Positions 1 through 12,996 of a stretch of 59,899 bases of DNA are shown here, one piece after another. How positions within the stretch are numbered: the first letter of the stretch is position 1; every line of letters starts with the position of its first letter. The DNA lies in the NCBI GenBank assembly GCA_018220985.1, contig JAAOXS010000014.1, positions 1-59,899 on the forward strand, given 5' to 3'. The notes beneath the pieces are model-generated. The model was given only the letters and a program-made list of their open reading frames with translations, was not told the DNA's origin and made no database searches. The position numbers were made by a program, and so were the translations under genes. The DNA is from Nanobdellota archaeon. GTDB taxonomy: Archaea; Nanobdellota; Nanobdellia; PEZQ01.

Positions 1-82
1 ATTGTTGTATACCACATGTTGGTTCTTCATTAAGTAGAGAACCAGACCTGTAGTGCTTGCACACCACTAAATGTGCAAAGCC
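1..82. repeat. Edge-truncated copy of a ~100-bp inverted-repeat hairpin element (full copy at 24204-24305)
   Basis: Apical hairpin GGTTCT-TCATTAAGTAG-AGAACC at 21-43. There is a 34-nt arm (38-71) between the loop and the terminal block TGTGCAAAGC (72-81), the same spacing as in the full copy. The left end lies outside the window. Confidence 0.4.
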
Positions 83-175
83 TAAAAAAACTAGCAGTTG
101 GAAATAACAAAAGATTAAATAATTTTTAGACAGATACAATGAATAAGAATAATTTGTTCAGCACCATTTTTTGAA

Positions 176-1006
176 TTATTCAACCATTAATCCAATATGT
201 ACAGCGTGTGTGTTTTTACTTCCCTGATTCAAAAGTTCAAAATTGGTTATATCATCACCAAAGTATTGCTTTTTTCTTACAGGCAAAATAGGAAGTGTTG
301 GAGCTGAAAATTCTTTACAAAACATTTCCGATTTTTCAGAAGGACTCCAAAGCATAGCGTGTTTAAAATCTTCGCTTGAAAAAGTTATTCCAATTTTTTC
401 ATTTACATACTTAATCATACTAGTATCTGGAAGTAAATAAGCCTCATTAGGCGGCATATTGGACGCTTTGATTACTTCTAATAAAGTTATACTATTACCA
501 TCATTTTTACCGTAATAAAAAATACCTTCCTCAACAGGACCATTAACTTTGAAAGCAGGATGCCATCCAATCATAAAAGGCATAACTCGTTCTGATTTAT
601 TTTCAACTGTGAGACTAACAATTAACCCATCATCCACAGGCTCAAATTTTTTCTCAAGACGATAAGACATCCAATTAAGAGTTTCTGGACGATGGCTTCC
701 TTCTTTCCACTTTGAATTTGGAATATTTTTTCCAGAGTATTCTTGATAAAGAACTATCTCCTCAGTTCTTTCAATTTTAAAAGGCATATGTCGTGAAATT
801 CCATGCTGATCCAAAACAAATTCTGACTCCCCAACTTGAACTAAATTATTAAGAACAGGACCGAATACAGGAAAACAAACTATCTCTGAATTTGACCAGC
901 CAGGACCATTATAGTTAGAAGCTCCGCCAGGATGAAAAAACTCAACACCTTCATGGATAAGACTTACTAATTGCCCTGAAGATGAAAAATCGATTTTGGG
1001 TTTCAT
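176..1006 (-). CDS. Aldose 1-epimerase / galactose mutarotase-like family protein
   Basis: 276-aa ORF. By eye it has family-like motifs (FPVFGP, DQHGISRH, GWHPAFKV). Family-level call only. Confidence 0.55.
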   Translation of the reverse strand: MKPKIDFSSSGQLVSLIHEGVEFFHPGGASNYNGPGWSNSEIVCFPVFGPVLNNLVQVGESEFVLDQHGISRHMPFKIERTEEIVLYQEYSGKNIPNSKWKEGSHRPETLNWMSYRLEKKFEPVDDGLIVSLTVENKSERVMPFMIGWHPAFKVNGPVEEGIFYYGKNDGNSITLLEVIKASNMPPNEAYLLPDTSMIKYVNEKIGITFSSEDFKHAMLWSPSEKSEMFCKEFSAPTLPILPVRKKQYFGDDITNFELLNQGSKNTHAVHIGLMVE

Positions 1007-1092
1007 AACAATGAAAATAATAATTTATTTTTTAAGTATTTCGTAATTAGATTTACTAATACTTAATTTTAAGTTTATTAACACATAACCCC

Positions 1093-1100
1093 AAAAAAAA
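1093..1100 (-). terminator. Oligo-T (T8) tract just downstream of the EF-2 stop codon
   Basis: A8 on the plus strand gives T8 on the coding strand, 7 nt after the stop. Archaeal RNAP terminates at oligo-T. Confidence 0.35.
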
Positions 1101-1106
1101 CTGTGT

Positions 1107-3287
1107 TTATATCTGAGTATCAGCAAGCCCTTTTCTCTGCCTAATTTTTCTAACAACATCTTCCTGCAAACTCTTAGGTAACGGTTCGAAAGTTATGTTC
1201 TTCAAACTCCAAACAGCCCTACCACTCGTAGCAGACCTTAAATCACTAGTAAAACCAAAAGAGTCCGCGACAGGCATTTTAGCAGTAATGACTAAAGCAG
1301 CACCTTCCTGATCCATACCTAACAAATTACCACGCCTCGCTTGAATAACACTACTAATCGCGCTCAAATACTCATTAGGCGCGTCAACACGAATCTCACG
1401 AATCGGCTCGTACAAACAAGGACCAGCATGAAGAACTGCCTGCCTAATCGCCTCACGAACAGCTGGAACAACTTGCGCAGGACCACGATGAATCGCATCC
1501 TCATGCAATTTCATATCATTCAACCTGACCTTTAAAGCAATGCACGGCTCCCTACCCAACGGACCTGAACGTACAACTTCCTCAAAAGCATCAATGACCA
1601 TTGGCAAAACTTCACGAATTTGAACAATACCCTTAGTCATATCCAACAAAGCAGAATCATCATACGTATCTTTCACGTTTTTAGCATCATCCTTACCCAT
1701 GCCCAATTCAGCTAACTCTTTCCAATAATCCTTATCCTTAGGCCTAACGCGCTTAGCGTCAATCTGCTTATTCTTCAAAGCAAGATAGATAGGCTCATCT
1801 AATAATTCTACACTCATGTAAAACTTATTATGCTTGTTAGGAGACTTACCTTCAAAACTCTCACTCTTATTAGTAACAGACTCCCTGTAAACAACAATTG
1901 GCGAAGAAGTTTGAACTTCCACACCTTTATATTTCTGAATTTTTTGCTCAATCCACTCTAAATGCAACTCGCCAAGACCGCTAATCAAAAACTCGCCGGT
2001 CTCCTCGTTAATGCTCACTTTAAGAGTAGGATCTTCCTTTTCAATATCCTTTAAAACATTAATTAATTTAGGTAAGTCTTTAGGATTTTTAGCTTCAATT
2101 GATTTAGTAACAACTGGCTCGAAAATGTGCTTAATATCCTCAAAAGAATCCATTTTAATAGAGGATAATGTTTCACCTGAAAAAGCGTTTTTTAAACCAG
2201 TAATGCCAATAATGTTACCCGCAACAGCTTTTTCAATATTCATCCGCTTAGCACCCTTGTAAATATTAACGTTCTGAATTCGCTCACTAACACCTGCTTT
2301 GATAAGATTTAATTCCATACCCGGCTTGATAGTTCCTGAAAATAAACGACCCGTAGCAACTTCACCGTACTCGTCAACAACAATCTTAGTTATCTCAACT
2401 ATAACAGGACCATTAGCGTCACAAGACATCATTGCTTTACCTTCAGTGTTCTCCAAATCACCCTGCCAAATAGCTGGAATACGATACTTTTGCGCTTGAA
2501 GAGGGTTAGGGAAATGCTTAACCATCATGTCTAACAAAACATCTGCAAGAGGTGCTTTAACGCCTAACTGCTTAATTGCTTCCTCATCTTTTTCAACGTA
2601 CGCTTTAATAACTTCACTTAAACCAATTCCTTTCTCCTTCATATAAGTAAAACTAAGAGCCCACTTATCAACAGCACTGCCAAAAGCAACTGTGCCATCC
2701 ATAACATTCACTTGCCAAGCTTTTTTGAATTCGTTAGGAGCAAAATCCTTAATTAATTTATTAATAGAAGCAATGGTTTTAACAAAACGAGCCTGCATAT
2801 CCTCAGGCTTCAACCTTAACTCTTTCATTAAACGGTCAACTTTATTAATAAATAAAACAGGTTTAACACGTTCTTTAAGAGCTTGCCTAAGAACTGTTTC
2901 AGTTTGAGGCATTGCGCCTTCAACAGCGTCAACAAGAACAAGAGCGCCGTCAACAGCTCTCATCGCACGAGTAACGTCACCGCCAAAATCAACGTGACCT
3001 GGCGTGTCAATAAGATTAATCAAGAATTCCTTGCCATCAAAAGTGTGAACCATGTTAATATTAGAAGATTGAATAGTGATTCCTCGCGCTTGCTCTTCTT
3101 CAAGAAAATCAAGTGAGCGCGCTTCACCTGCAACTTTTTCACTGAGCATTCCAGCACCCACTAATAAGCTATCAGATAAAGTGGTTTTACCATGGTCAAT
3201 ATGAGCAACAATTCCCATGTTGCGAATGTATTTAGGGTCATTCATTAATGAAACAACCTTTTTAGTTAAATCAGTCTCTTTTACCAT
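1107..3287 (-). CDS. fusA: Translation elongation factor 2 (aEF-2)
   Basis: GTPase motifs AHIDHGKTT, DTPGHVDF, NKVD and a full-length EF-2 body. ATG at 3287 is preferred over the upstream TTG at 3302. It sits in the conserved position after rps12-rps7. Confidence 0.95.
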   Translation of the reverse strand: MVKETDLTKKVVSLMNDPKYIRNMGIVAHIDHGKTTLSDSLLVGAGMLSEKVAGEARSLDFLEEEQARGITIQSSNINMVHTFDGKEFLINLIDTPGHVDFGGDVTRAMRAVDGALVLVDAVEGAMPQTETVLRQALKERVKPVLFINKVDRLMKELRLKPEDMQARFVKTIASINKLIKDFAPNEFKKAWQVNVMDGTVAFGSAVDKWALSFTYMKEKGIGLSEVIKAYVEKDEEAIKQLGVKAPLADVLLDMMVKHFPNPLQAQKYRIPAIWQGDLENTEGKAMMSCDANGPVIVEITKIVVDEYGEVATGRLFSGTIKPGMELNLIKAGVSERIQNVNIYKGAKRMNIEKAVAGNIIGITGLKNAFSGETLSSIKMDSFEDIKHIFEPVVTKSIEAKNPKDLPKLINVLKDIEKEDPTLKVSINEETGEFLISGLGELHLEWIEQKIQKYKGVEVQTSSPIVVYRESVTNKSESFEGKSPNKHNKFYMSVELLDEPIYLALKNKQIDAKRVRPKDKDYWKELAELGMGKDDAKNVKDTYDDSALLDMTKGIVQIREVLPMVIDAFEEVVRSGPLGREPCIALKVRLNDMKLHEDAIHRGPAQVVPAVREAIRQAVLHAGPCLYEPIREIRVDAPNEYLSAISSVIQARRGNLLGMDQEGAALVITAKMPVADSFGFTSDLRSATSGRAVWSLKNITFEPLPKSLQEDVVRKIRQRKGLADTQI

Positions 3288-3330
3288 AACAAAAAAAATC
3301 AAGAAAGAATGATTTTATAAGAGTAGCGGT

Positions 3331-3753
3331 TTACATCCCACTACTACCAAATCTTTCAGCGCCACGATTAGTTTCTGATAATTCTTTAACAACTAAAGGT
3401 TCAACAATGCTAACGGGCTGTACAAGTAATTGAGCAATCCTATCCCCTTTCAAAATTTTGATTTCCTCAGCCCCTAAGTTTACTGCAATAACTTTCAGTT
3501 CGCCGCGATAATTACTATCAATAACGCCAGCAAGCGTGTGTAAACCATGCTTAAAAGACCATCCGCCCCTATCCCAAAATAGTCCAACAAAGTTTTTAGG
3601 AATTTCACAAGCAATGCCAGTACCAATTGATTTACGCTTACCTGGTGATAAAACTAATTCTTCATCACTATGCAAATCAAGACCTGCATCACCTTCCCTG
3701 GACTTTTTAGGAATTTTCGCTGACTCGGATAAAATTTTGAACTTAACAATCAT
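3331..3753 (-). CDS. dut: dUTP diphosphatase (trimeric dUTPase)
   Basis: 140 aa with GDAGLDL, GVIDSNYRGE and the C-terminal RFGSSG motif. Confidence 0.85.
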   Translation of the reverse strand: MIVKFKILSESAKIPKKSREGDAGLDLHSDEELVLSPGKRKSIGTGIACEIPKNFVGLFWDRGGWSFKHGLHTLAGVIDSNYRGELKVIAVNLGAEEIKILKGDRIAQLLVQPVSIVEPLVVKELSETNRGAERFGSSGM

Positions 3754-3817
3754 AAATAAACAATTTAGTTACATATTATAAAAATTATGTAAATAATAAC
3801 ATACAAATAAGCATTAA

Positions 3818-4051
3818 CAAAAAATCTTTATAATAATACTTTCACAGGAAAAAAACTACTTTTTCGGACTACCTGAAAACCTAATACTTAACAAAACACA
3901 AATAACTGTTAATTATGTAAAAGTCGGTGAATTTGGTTATCCTAGTGATAGTGTAGAAATAATAGAGATAAATAATTCTCTTAAACAAACAATATTCAAG
4001 CAGTATGGAATAGAACTGGATGGGATAATAACAGGAACGTATCCGCTTTAA
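3818..4051 (+). pseudogene. Start-less 77-codon open frame, a possible gene remnant
   Basis: Stop-free from 3818 to the TAA at 4049-4051 in an AT-rich spacer. There is no in-frame ATG, GTG or TTG. The translation looks protein-like (..GLPENLILNKTQITVNYVKVGEFGYPSDSVEIIEINNSLKQTIFKQYGIELDGIITGTYPL). Confidence 0.2.
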
Positions 4052-4720
4052 TTATCGACTAGCAGCTGCCTGTCTTTCAGCTTCAGTTTTTTTTGTAATT
4101 GCAAAACTCATATTATCATTTTTAGCGGAATTCATAATCTCACTTGCAAGAGCTTGACCAGCAGAAGTTTTTGACTTAGTGCACTTCATGTAAGCTCCCT
4201 GAGTAATCCAACGCAATGATAAATCAACACGTCTTTGAGGAGCTGTGTCAACGGCTTTCGGATGACGAATACCACCATACTCAATATTCGTAACTTCCTC
4301 CATAGGAGCTGAATTCTCAATAGCTATAACCAATACTTGTAATGGATTCTTCTTAGTTTTAGATTCAATAATTTCAAAAGCGCTCATACAATTCTTAAAA
4401 TTTGAATTGAACTTACCTGAATTCCTACCTGAAGAAAAATTATGCTTCTTACCTTTATGCCCTGAAACCATCATCTTACAAATTAAACGCTCAACAACAT
4501 GCATATCCTCACTCTTCCAGAAACGCTTAGTTTCCTGCCTGCCAAAATTACGAGGAACAATGATAGGCTTAAGATTAATGTACGATTTCAACGCTGGATC
4601 GCGAATATTAACATTATTAGAATACTTATTAAATAATAAAATAGAATTATCAACAAACTCTTCTTCAACTACTTCTTTCTCAACAACTTCATTCTTAACA
4701 GCTTCTTTACTCTCCACCAT
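4052..4720 (-). CDS. rps7: 30S ribosomal protein S7 (uS7) with an acidic N-terminal extension
   Basis: Conserved uS7 core (..VERLICKMMVSGHKGKKH.., ..AIENSAPMEEV..) and synteny with rps12. Confidence 0.9.
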   Translation of the reverse strand: MVESKEAVKNEVVEKEVVEEEFVDNSILLFNKYSNNVNIRDPALKSYINLKPIIVPRNFGRQETKRFWKSEDMHVVERLICKMMVSGHKGKKHNFSSGRNSGKFNSNFKNCMSAFEIIESKTKKNPLQVLVIAIENSAPMEEVTNIEYGGIRHPKAVDTAPQRRVDLSLRWITQGAYMKCTKSKTSAGQALASEIMNSAKNDNMSFAITKKTEAERQAAASR

Positions 4721-4721
4721 T

Positions 4722-5159
4722 TTACTTATTAGGCTTCTCCTTCTTACCCTTAACTAATTGATCTAAACTAATACCTTGAACTTTAACAACCTTATATTTA
4801 ACACCTGGAATGTCACCAGCACTCTTGCCCATGGGACCTCCAATTTTTTGGATCATGACATTATCGTGCTCATCAACATATTTTAAAGCACCTTCACCAG
4901 GCATGAACGCTGTAACAGTCTTACCGTTCTTGATAAGTTGAACTACAGCGCACTTTCTTAAACCAGAATGGGGCTGTTTACACTCAACATTCTTCTTTTT
5001 AAGAACAATACCAGAAGCCATAGGCGCGCCTTCAAGTGCATCATACTTTCTCCAACCACCTGAACTTTTTAATTTAGAACCTTTTCTTTTGAATTTGAAC
5101 TGTTTTCTTCTTTTCAGTAACTTCTTACCAGCCATTAATCCATTAGACTTCTTAACCAT
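4722..5159 (-). CDS. rps12: 30S ribosomal protein S12 (uS12)
   Basis: 145 aa with a typical archaeal uS12 sequence (..[31 protein letters not shown]..). It is 1 nt upstream of rps7. Confidence 0.9.
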   Translation of the reverse strand: MVKKSNGLMAGKKLLKRRKQFKFKRKGSKLKSSGGWRKYDALEGAPMASGIVLKKKNVECKQPHSGLRKCAVVQLIKNGKTVTAFMPGEGALKYVDEHDNVMIQKIGGPMGKSAGDIPGVKYKVVKVQGISLDQLVKGKKEKPNK

Positions 5160-5207
5160 AACAACAAACCAAAGAACATTTACTTTAAAAAGGTTATCAT
5201 TTACAAA

Positions 5208-5978
5208 TTAATTTCGCCTATTAAACGCTAAAGCAGCTATTATTACAGTAAAAACCGTAAAACCAACAACAACTAACACGTCAAGAACAGGGTTAAAAAA
5301 AGAAACTCCGAGAATAAGATATCTTAACAAATCAACACCATATGTTAACGGGTCAAGTTTAGTTAACAAACTCAACCAACTTGGAAGATTATCAATAGGA
5401 AATAAAGCTCCTGAAAGCATGAAAACAGGCATTACGAAAAGATTAATCATTAATTGAAAACCTTGAACTGACTCGAAAAAAGTTGCTATCATCATGCCCA
5501 AACCCAAAAAACCCGCGCTAATCAACAACATTGTAAAAATGATAAAAGGAATGTTAATTAAAGGAAAACTAATGTCAAATAAGATTGCAAGCATAAGGAT
5601 TAAACAACCTTGAATAAGACTTGTAAAACTATTTCCTAAAACTTTACCAACAACAATGCTTACCCTACTAATCGGCGCCACCAGCATTTCTTTCATAAAA
5701 CCATATTGTTTATCCACAAGAATGTTCACGCCAGCACCAATAGACCTCATAAAAAGGTTTAACGCAATCACGCCTGGAAACACGAAAGCAGTGTAATTAG
5801 TAAATGTAGAATTCGAAAACTTCATGGACGCGCCAAGACCTGTACCAAAAATTACGAGCCAGAATAAAGGCATAAAAATACTTGAAAAAACACGAGAACG
5901 AGCTCTGAAAAAACGTTTAACTTCTCGAATAGCAATTCCGTAAACAGCTCTGAACTCACTTATCAATGTCCATGCCAC
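5208..5978 (-). CDS. ABC-2 type transporter permease
   Basis: 256 aa with about 6 hydrophobic segments. It overlaps the upstream ABC ATPase gene by 16 nt. Confidence 0.75.
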   Translation of the reverse strand: MAWTLISEFRAVYGIAIREVKRFFRARSRVFSSIFMPLFWLVIFGTGLGASMKFSNSTFTNYTAFVFPGVIALNLFMRSIGAGVNILVDKQYGFMKEMLVAPISRVSIVVGKVLGNSFTSLIQGCLILMLAILFDISFPLINIPFIIFTMLLISAGFLGLGMMIATFFESVQGFQLMINLFVMPVFMLSGALFPIDNLPSWLSLLTKLDPLTYGVDLLRYLILGVSFFNPVLDVLVVVGFTVFTVIIAALAFNRRN

Positions 5979-6931
5979 CTCATACGATTCTTAACCCAAT
6001 CATTATCATTTGCTTTCTCATCCCTAATTTGTTTACCAGTAAGAGAAAGAAAAACGTCATTCAAAGAAGGTTTCTTAATATTAACGCTTTTAATAATAAC
6101 ACCTTTTTTTGATAATTTAGATAATATTTGAGCAAGTTTTTTATCAGCATTTCTAACACTTAAATGAACACGACCATCAAAATTTTTGGAATTCTTCAAA
6201 ATTTTAACAGCGCTTTCTGAATCGTCAACGTCAAGAATTATAACATCCCCTTTCAAATCATTCTTCAGTTTTGAAACAGAATCTAACGCAATGATTTTGC
6301 CATTATCAATAATCCCCACCATATCACATAATAGTTCAGCTTCCTCCATGTAATGCGTTGTTAAAAGAATCGTCATCTTCTTCTCTTTTTTTAATTTAAG
6401 AATGTAATCCCAAATCTTACTGCGCGTCTGAGGGTCCAACCCCAGAGTTGGCTCGTCCAAAAATAGTACGCGCGGATGGTGGATAAGTCCGCGCGCGATT
6501 TCTAAACGACGCTTCATCCCACCACTAAAATTTTTAACTTGGATATTACGCTTATCACTTAAATCAACAAGCTCTAAAACATCACTAATCCTACTCATTG
6601 TTTCAGAACGTGGAACATTATACAATCTCGCGTGCAAAATCAAGTTTTCAAAAGCTGTTAATTCAACATCCAAAGACGGTTCTTGAAAAACAATTCCAAT
6701 ACTTGAACGCACTTTTGAAGAATTAAGGTTAACATCATAACCGCAAACAGTAACATTACCTGAAGATGGTTTTAATAAAGTAGCAAGAATTTTAATAGAA
6801 GTCGTTTTACCAGCACCATTCGGTCCGAGTAAGCCGAAAATTTGTCCTTCACCAATGTTGAAAGAGATTCCATCAACAGCTTTAACTGATTTAAAATGTT
6901 TTTTTAAATCTTTAACAATAATAACTGACAT
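5963..6931 (-). CDS. ABC transporter ATP-binding protein (DrrA/CcmA-like)
   Basis: Walker A GPNGAGKTT, signature FSGGMKRRL, Walker B LFLDEPTLGLD. Confidence 0.85.
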   Translation of the reverse strand: MSVIIVKDLKKHFKSVKAVDGISFNIGEGQIFGLLGPNGAGKTTSIKILATLLKPSSGNVTVCGYDVNLNSSKVRSSIGIVFQEPSLDVELTAFENLILHARLYNVPRSETMSRISDVLELVDLSDKRNIQVKNFSGGMKRRLEIARGLIHHPRVLFLDEPTLGLDPQTRSKIWDYILKLKKEKKMTILLTTHYMEEAELLCDMVGIIDNGKIIALDSVSKLKNDLKGDVIILDVDDSESAVKILKNSKNFDGRVHLSVRNADKKLAQILSKLSKKGVIIKSVNIKKPSLNDVFLSLTGKQIRDEKANDNDWVKNRMRWHGH

Positions 6932-6966
6932 TGAAATAAAAATTACTTAATCAACAATTAAAAAAC

Positions 6967-7380
6967 TTATCCTAATTTTATGGTATCAATATTATGATAG
7001 CGCTGAATAATGTCCAAAGCGTATCTTAATTTACTCCTAACCAAACCCTTATCACTCTTAGGGTTAAGATAAAGAATTTTCTTACCTGAACTATTTTCAC
7101 TAACGTAAGATTTTGAAAGTTCAGCAGGGTGAAAAAGGTTCGCGGCAAACTTTAAAGGATCTTTACTAAACTCTATGATTTCAATTCTTTTACGTAACTT
7201 GTTCTGCAATGAAATCACGTTAACACCTGACTTGCCAATAGCCAAACCTGCCTGACCTTCTTTAACAATGAAAACTACTTTATTAACACTAACAATACAA
7301 TCTTTAACAATTGCGCCAGTAATATTCTCAAATAATGCTACAAAACGCATAGAATCCGTATCCAACTTTATACTAACCAT
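6967..7380 (-). CDS. nusA: Archaeal NusA-like protein (two KH domains)
   Basis: 137 aa with the KH motif LAIGKSGVNV. It occupies the conserved position between rpl30e and rps12. Confidence 0.75.
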   Translation of the reverse strand: MVSIKLDTDSMRFVALFENITGAIVKDCIVSVNKVVFIVKEGQAGLAIGKSGVNVISLQNKLRKRIEIIEFSKDPLKFAANLFHPAELSKSYVSENSSGKKILYLNPKSDKGLVRSKLRYALDIIQRYHNIDTIKLG

Positions 7381-7383
7381 TAT

Positions 7384-11193
<3,810 letters not shown>

Positions 11194-11194
<1 letters not shown>

Positions 11195-12996
11195 TATCCT
11201 TTTTTAGGCCCCACATCAATTTTTGGGTGAATACCCAAACTTCTTAATTCATCAAGTAATAATTTAAAAGCATAACTCATTTCAACAAATTTAATACGAG
11301 AATCCTTACAACTCGGGCAAACAGATTCATTACGGAACTTGTTATAAATACTAGTCAAACCGCAATTATCGCACACTGGAATAATAGTTTTATCACTGTC
11401 AAAACGCTCTTTAAGCAGTAAAGAAGCTCCATGAGCAATTAAAACATCCTTCTCCATTTCACCGAGTCTTAAACCACCATCTTTCGCACGACCTTCAGTA
11501 GGTTGGCGAGTTAATAATTGCATTGGACCGCGTGAACGCGCGTGAATCTTACTACTAACCAAGTGTTTAAGGCGTAAATAATAAATGTTACCAACAAGAA
11601 TACGTGCTTTTAATGGTTCGCCAGTCACACCATCAATAAGGGATTCAGCGCCATCCTCTCTAAAACCATGATTTTTAAGAATTTTACTAAACTCTTTTTC
11701 ACCAACATTATCAAAAACTGTTCCGTCAATAAATTCTCCTTGCAAAGCACCTGCTTTACCCGCTATCATTTCGAGCAATTGACTTACAGTCATCCTACCA
11801 GGCAATGAGTGAGGGTTAAAGATTATGTCAGGAATAACTCCATCAGCTGTTTGAGGCATGTCTTCAGGGGCGAGCATGATGCCAATCACGCCCTTCTGAC
11901 CATGTCTTGTAGTGAATTTATCACCCATTTCAGGAATTTTAGGAATTCTAAGCTTAACTTTAATACTCTTATTACCTTCCTCATTTTCAGTTATTACAAC
12001 AGTATCAACAACGCTCTTACCTGAATCGTCAACAGTTATTGAAGCATCTCTTCTTGCTTCAACACCCATTTTGAACTCTTCCATTTCAGCAAGAAAACGA
12101 GGTGGAGATGTTTTACCAATAAGAACATCATCTTTTGTCACAACTGATTCTGGAAAAATGATACCATCATCCTCTAAAAAACGATAATCTTCCTCTTTTT
12201 TAAAACCGCGAACTTCCTTATCAGGTATTTCAAACAAGTCCACCTGCCCGCCCAAATACTTAAGCTCTGAGCTCTTATAAGGCTTGAAATAAGTTGAACG
12301 GAACAAACCTCTTTCAATTGAAGCTTTATTAATAATAATAGAATCATGCATGTTATAACCATCAAAACTCATAACAGCGATTACAACATTTTGACCAATA
12401 GGATGGTCATCATAATTAATGTGATTTAAAACAATTGTTTCCACAATAGGTCTTTGAGGATAATGTAATAAATGAGTATCAGTATCTTGCCGTAAGTGAA
12501 AATTTTGAGCGTAAACGCCAACACCTTGTTTTTGCAATTTAGAACCAAAACTAACCCTTGGACCTTGATTATGCTCAGCGTAAGGAACCATTCCAGTTAA
12601 TAAACCAACAACTGCAAAAGGAGTTAGTTCCAAATGAGTATGTTCACTTGTTAATTCTTTCTCATTAAGAGAAATAAACGCGTTTTCTTCTTCATCAGCG
12701 TCTAAGAATTCGACAACACCCTCTTTAACTAAATCAGACCATACTAATTCTCCTTTTTGTAACTTGCTTAAATGAACATCAGTTATTCTTGACTTACCGT
12801 TCTCAACAATTATTAATGGTCTTCTAATACGTCCCTTTTCAGTTAGTATTTCAATCTTATCCTCTGATTCATCATAAAAAACGTTGATAAATTCTGGAAT
12901 TTTTCCATCACTCCTTAATTTTTTAACACCCTTAACAAATTCAAGAGCATTAGAGTGATTTCCTAAAAAAACATGATCAACATACACATCACTCAT
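11194..12996 (-). CDS. rpoB1: DNA-directed RNA polymerase subunit B' (C-terminal half of split RpoB)
   Basis: Motifs GDKFTTRHGQKGV, GGLRLGEMEKD and a C-terminal Zn ribbon CDNCG..CPSC. Confidence 0.95.

Noticed and set aside
243-440. Short ORFs on the opposite strand or in other frames inside larger genes. Examples: 243-440, 1341-1535, 2011-3116 series, 8529-8741, 9060-9266, 11809-12365, 22129-22542, 29220-29420, 31813-32145, 37210-37640, 38797-39141, 39617-40499, 44711-45729, 50099-50308, 56717-57857, 58164-58352 and 59570-59767.
   Set aside because: Each lies wholly within or largely overlaps a longer ORF with clear family signatures or a consistent surface-protein architecture. Their translations are low-complexity shadows typical of AT-rich DNA.
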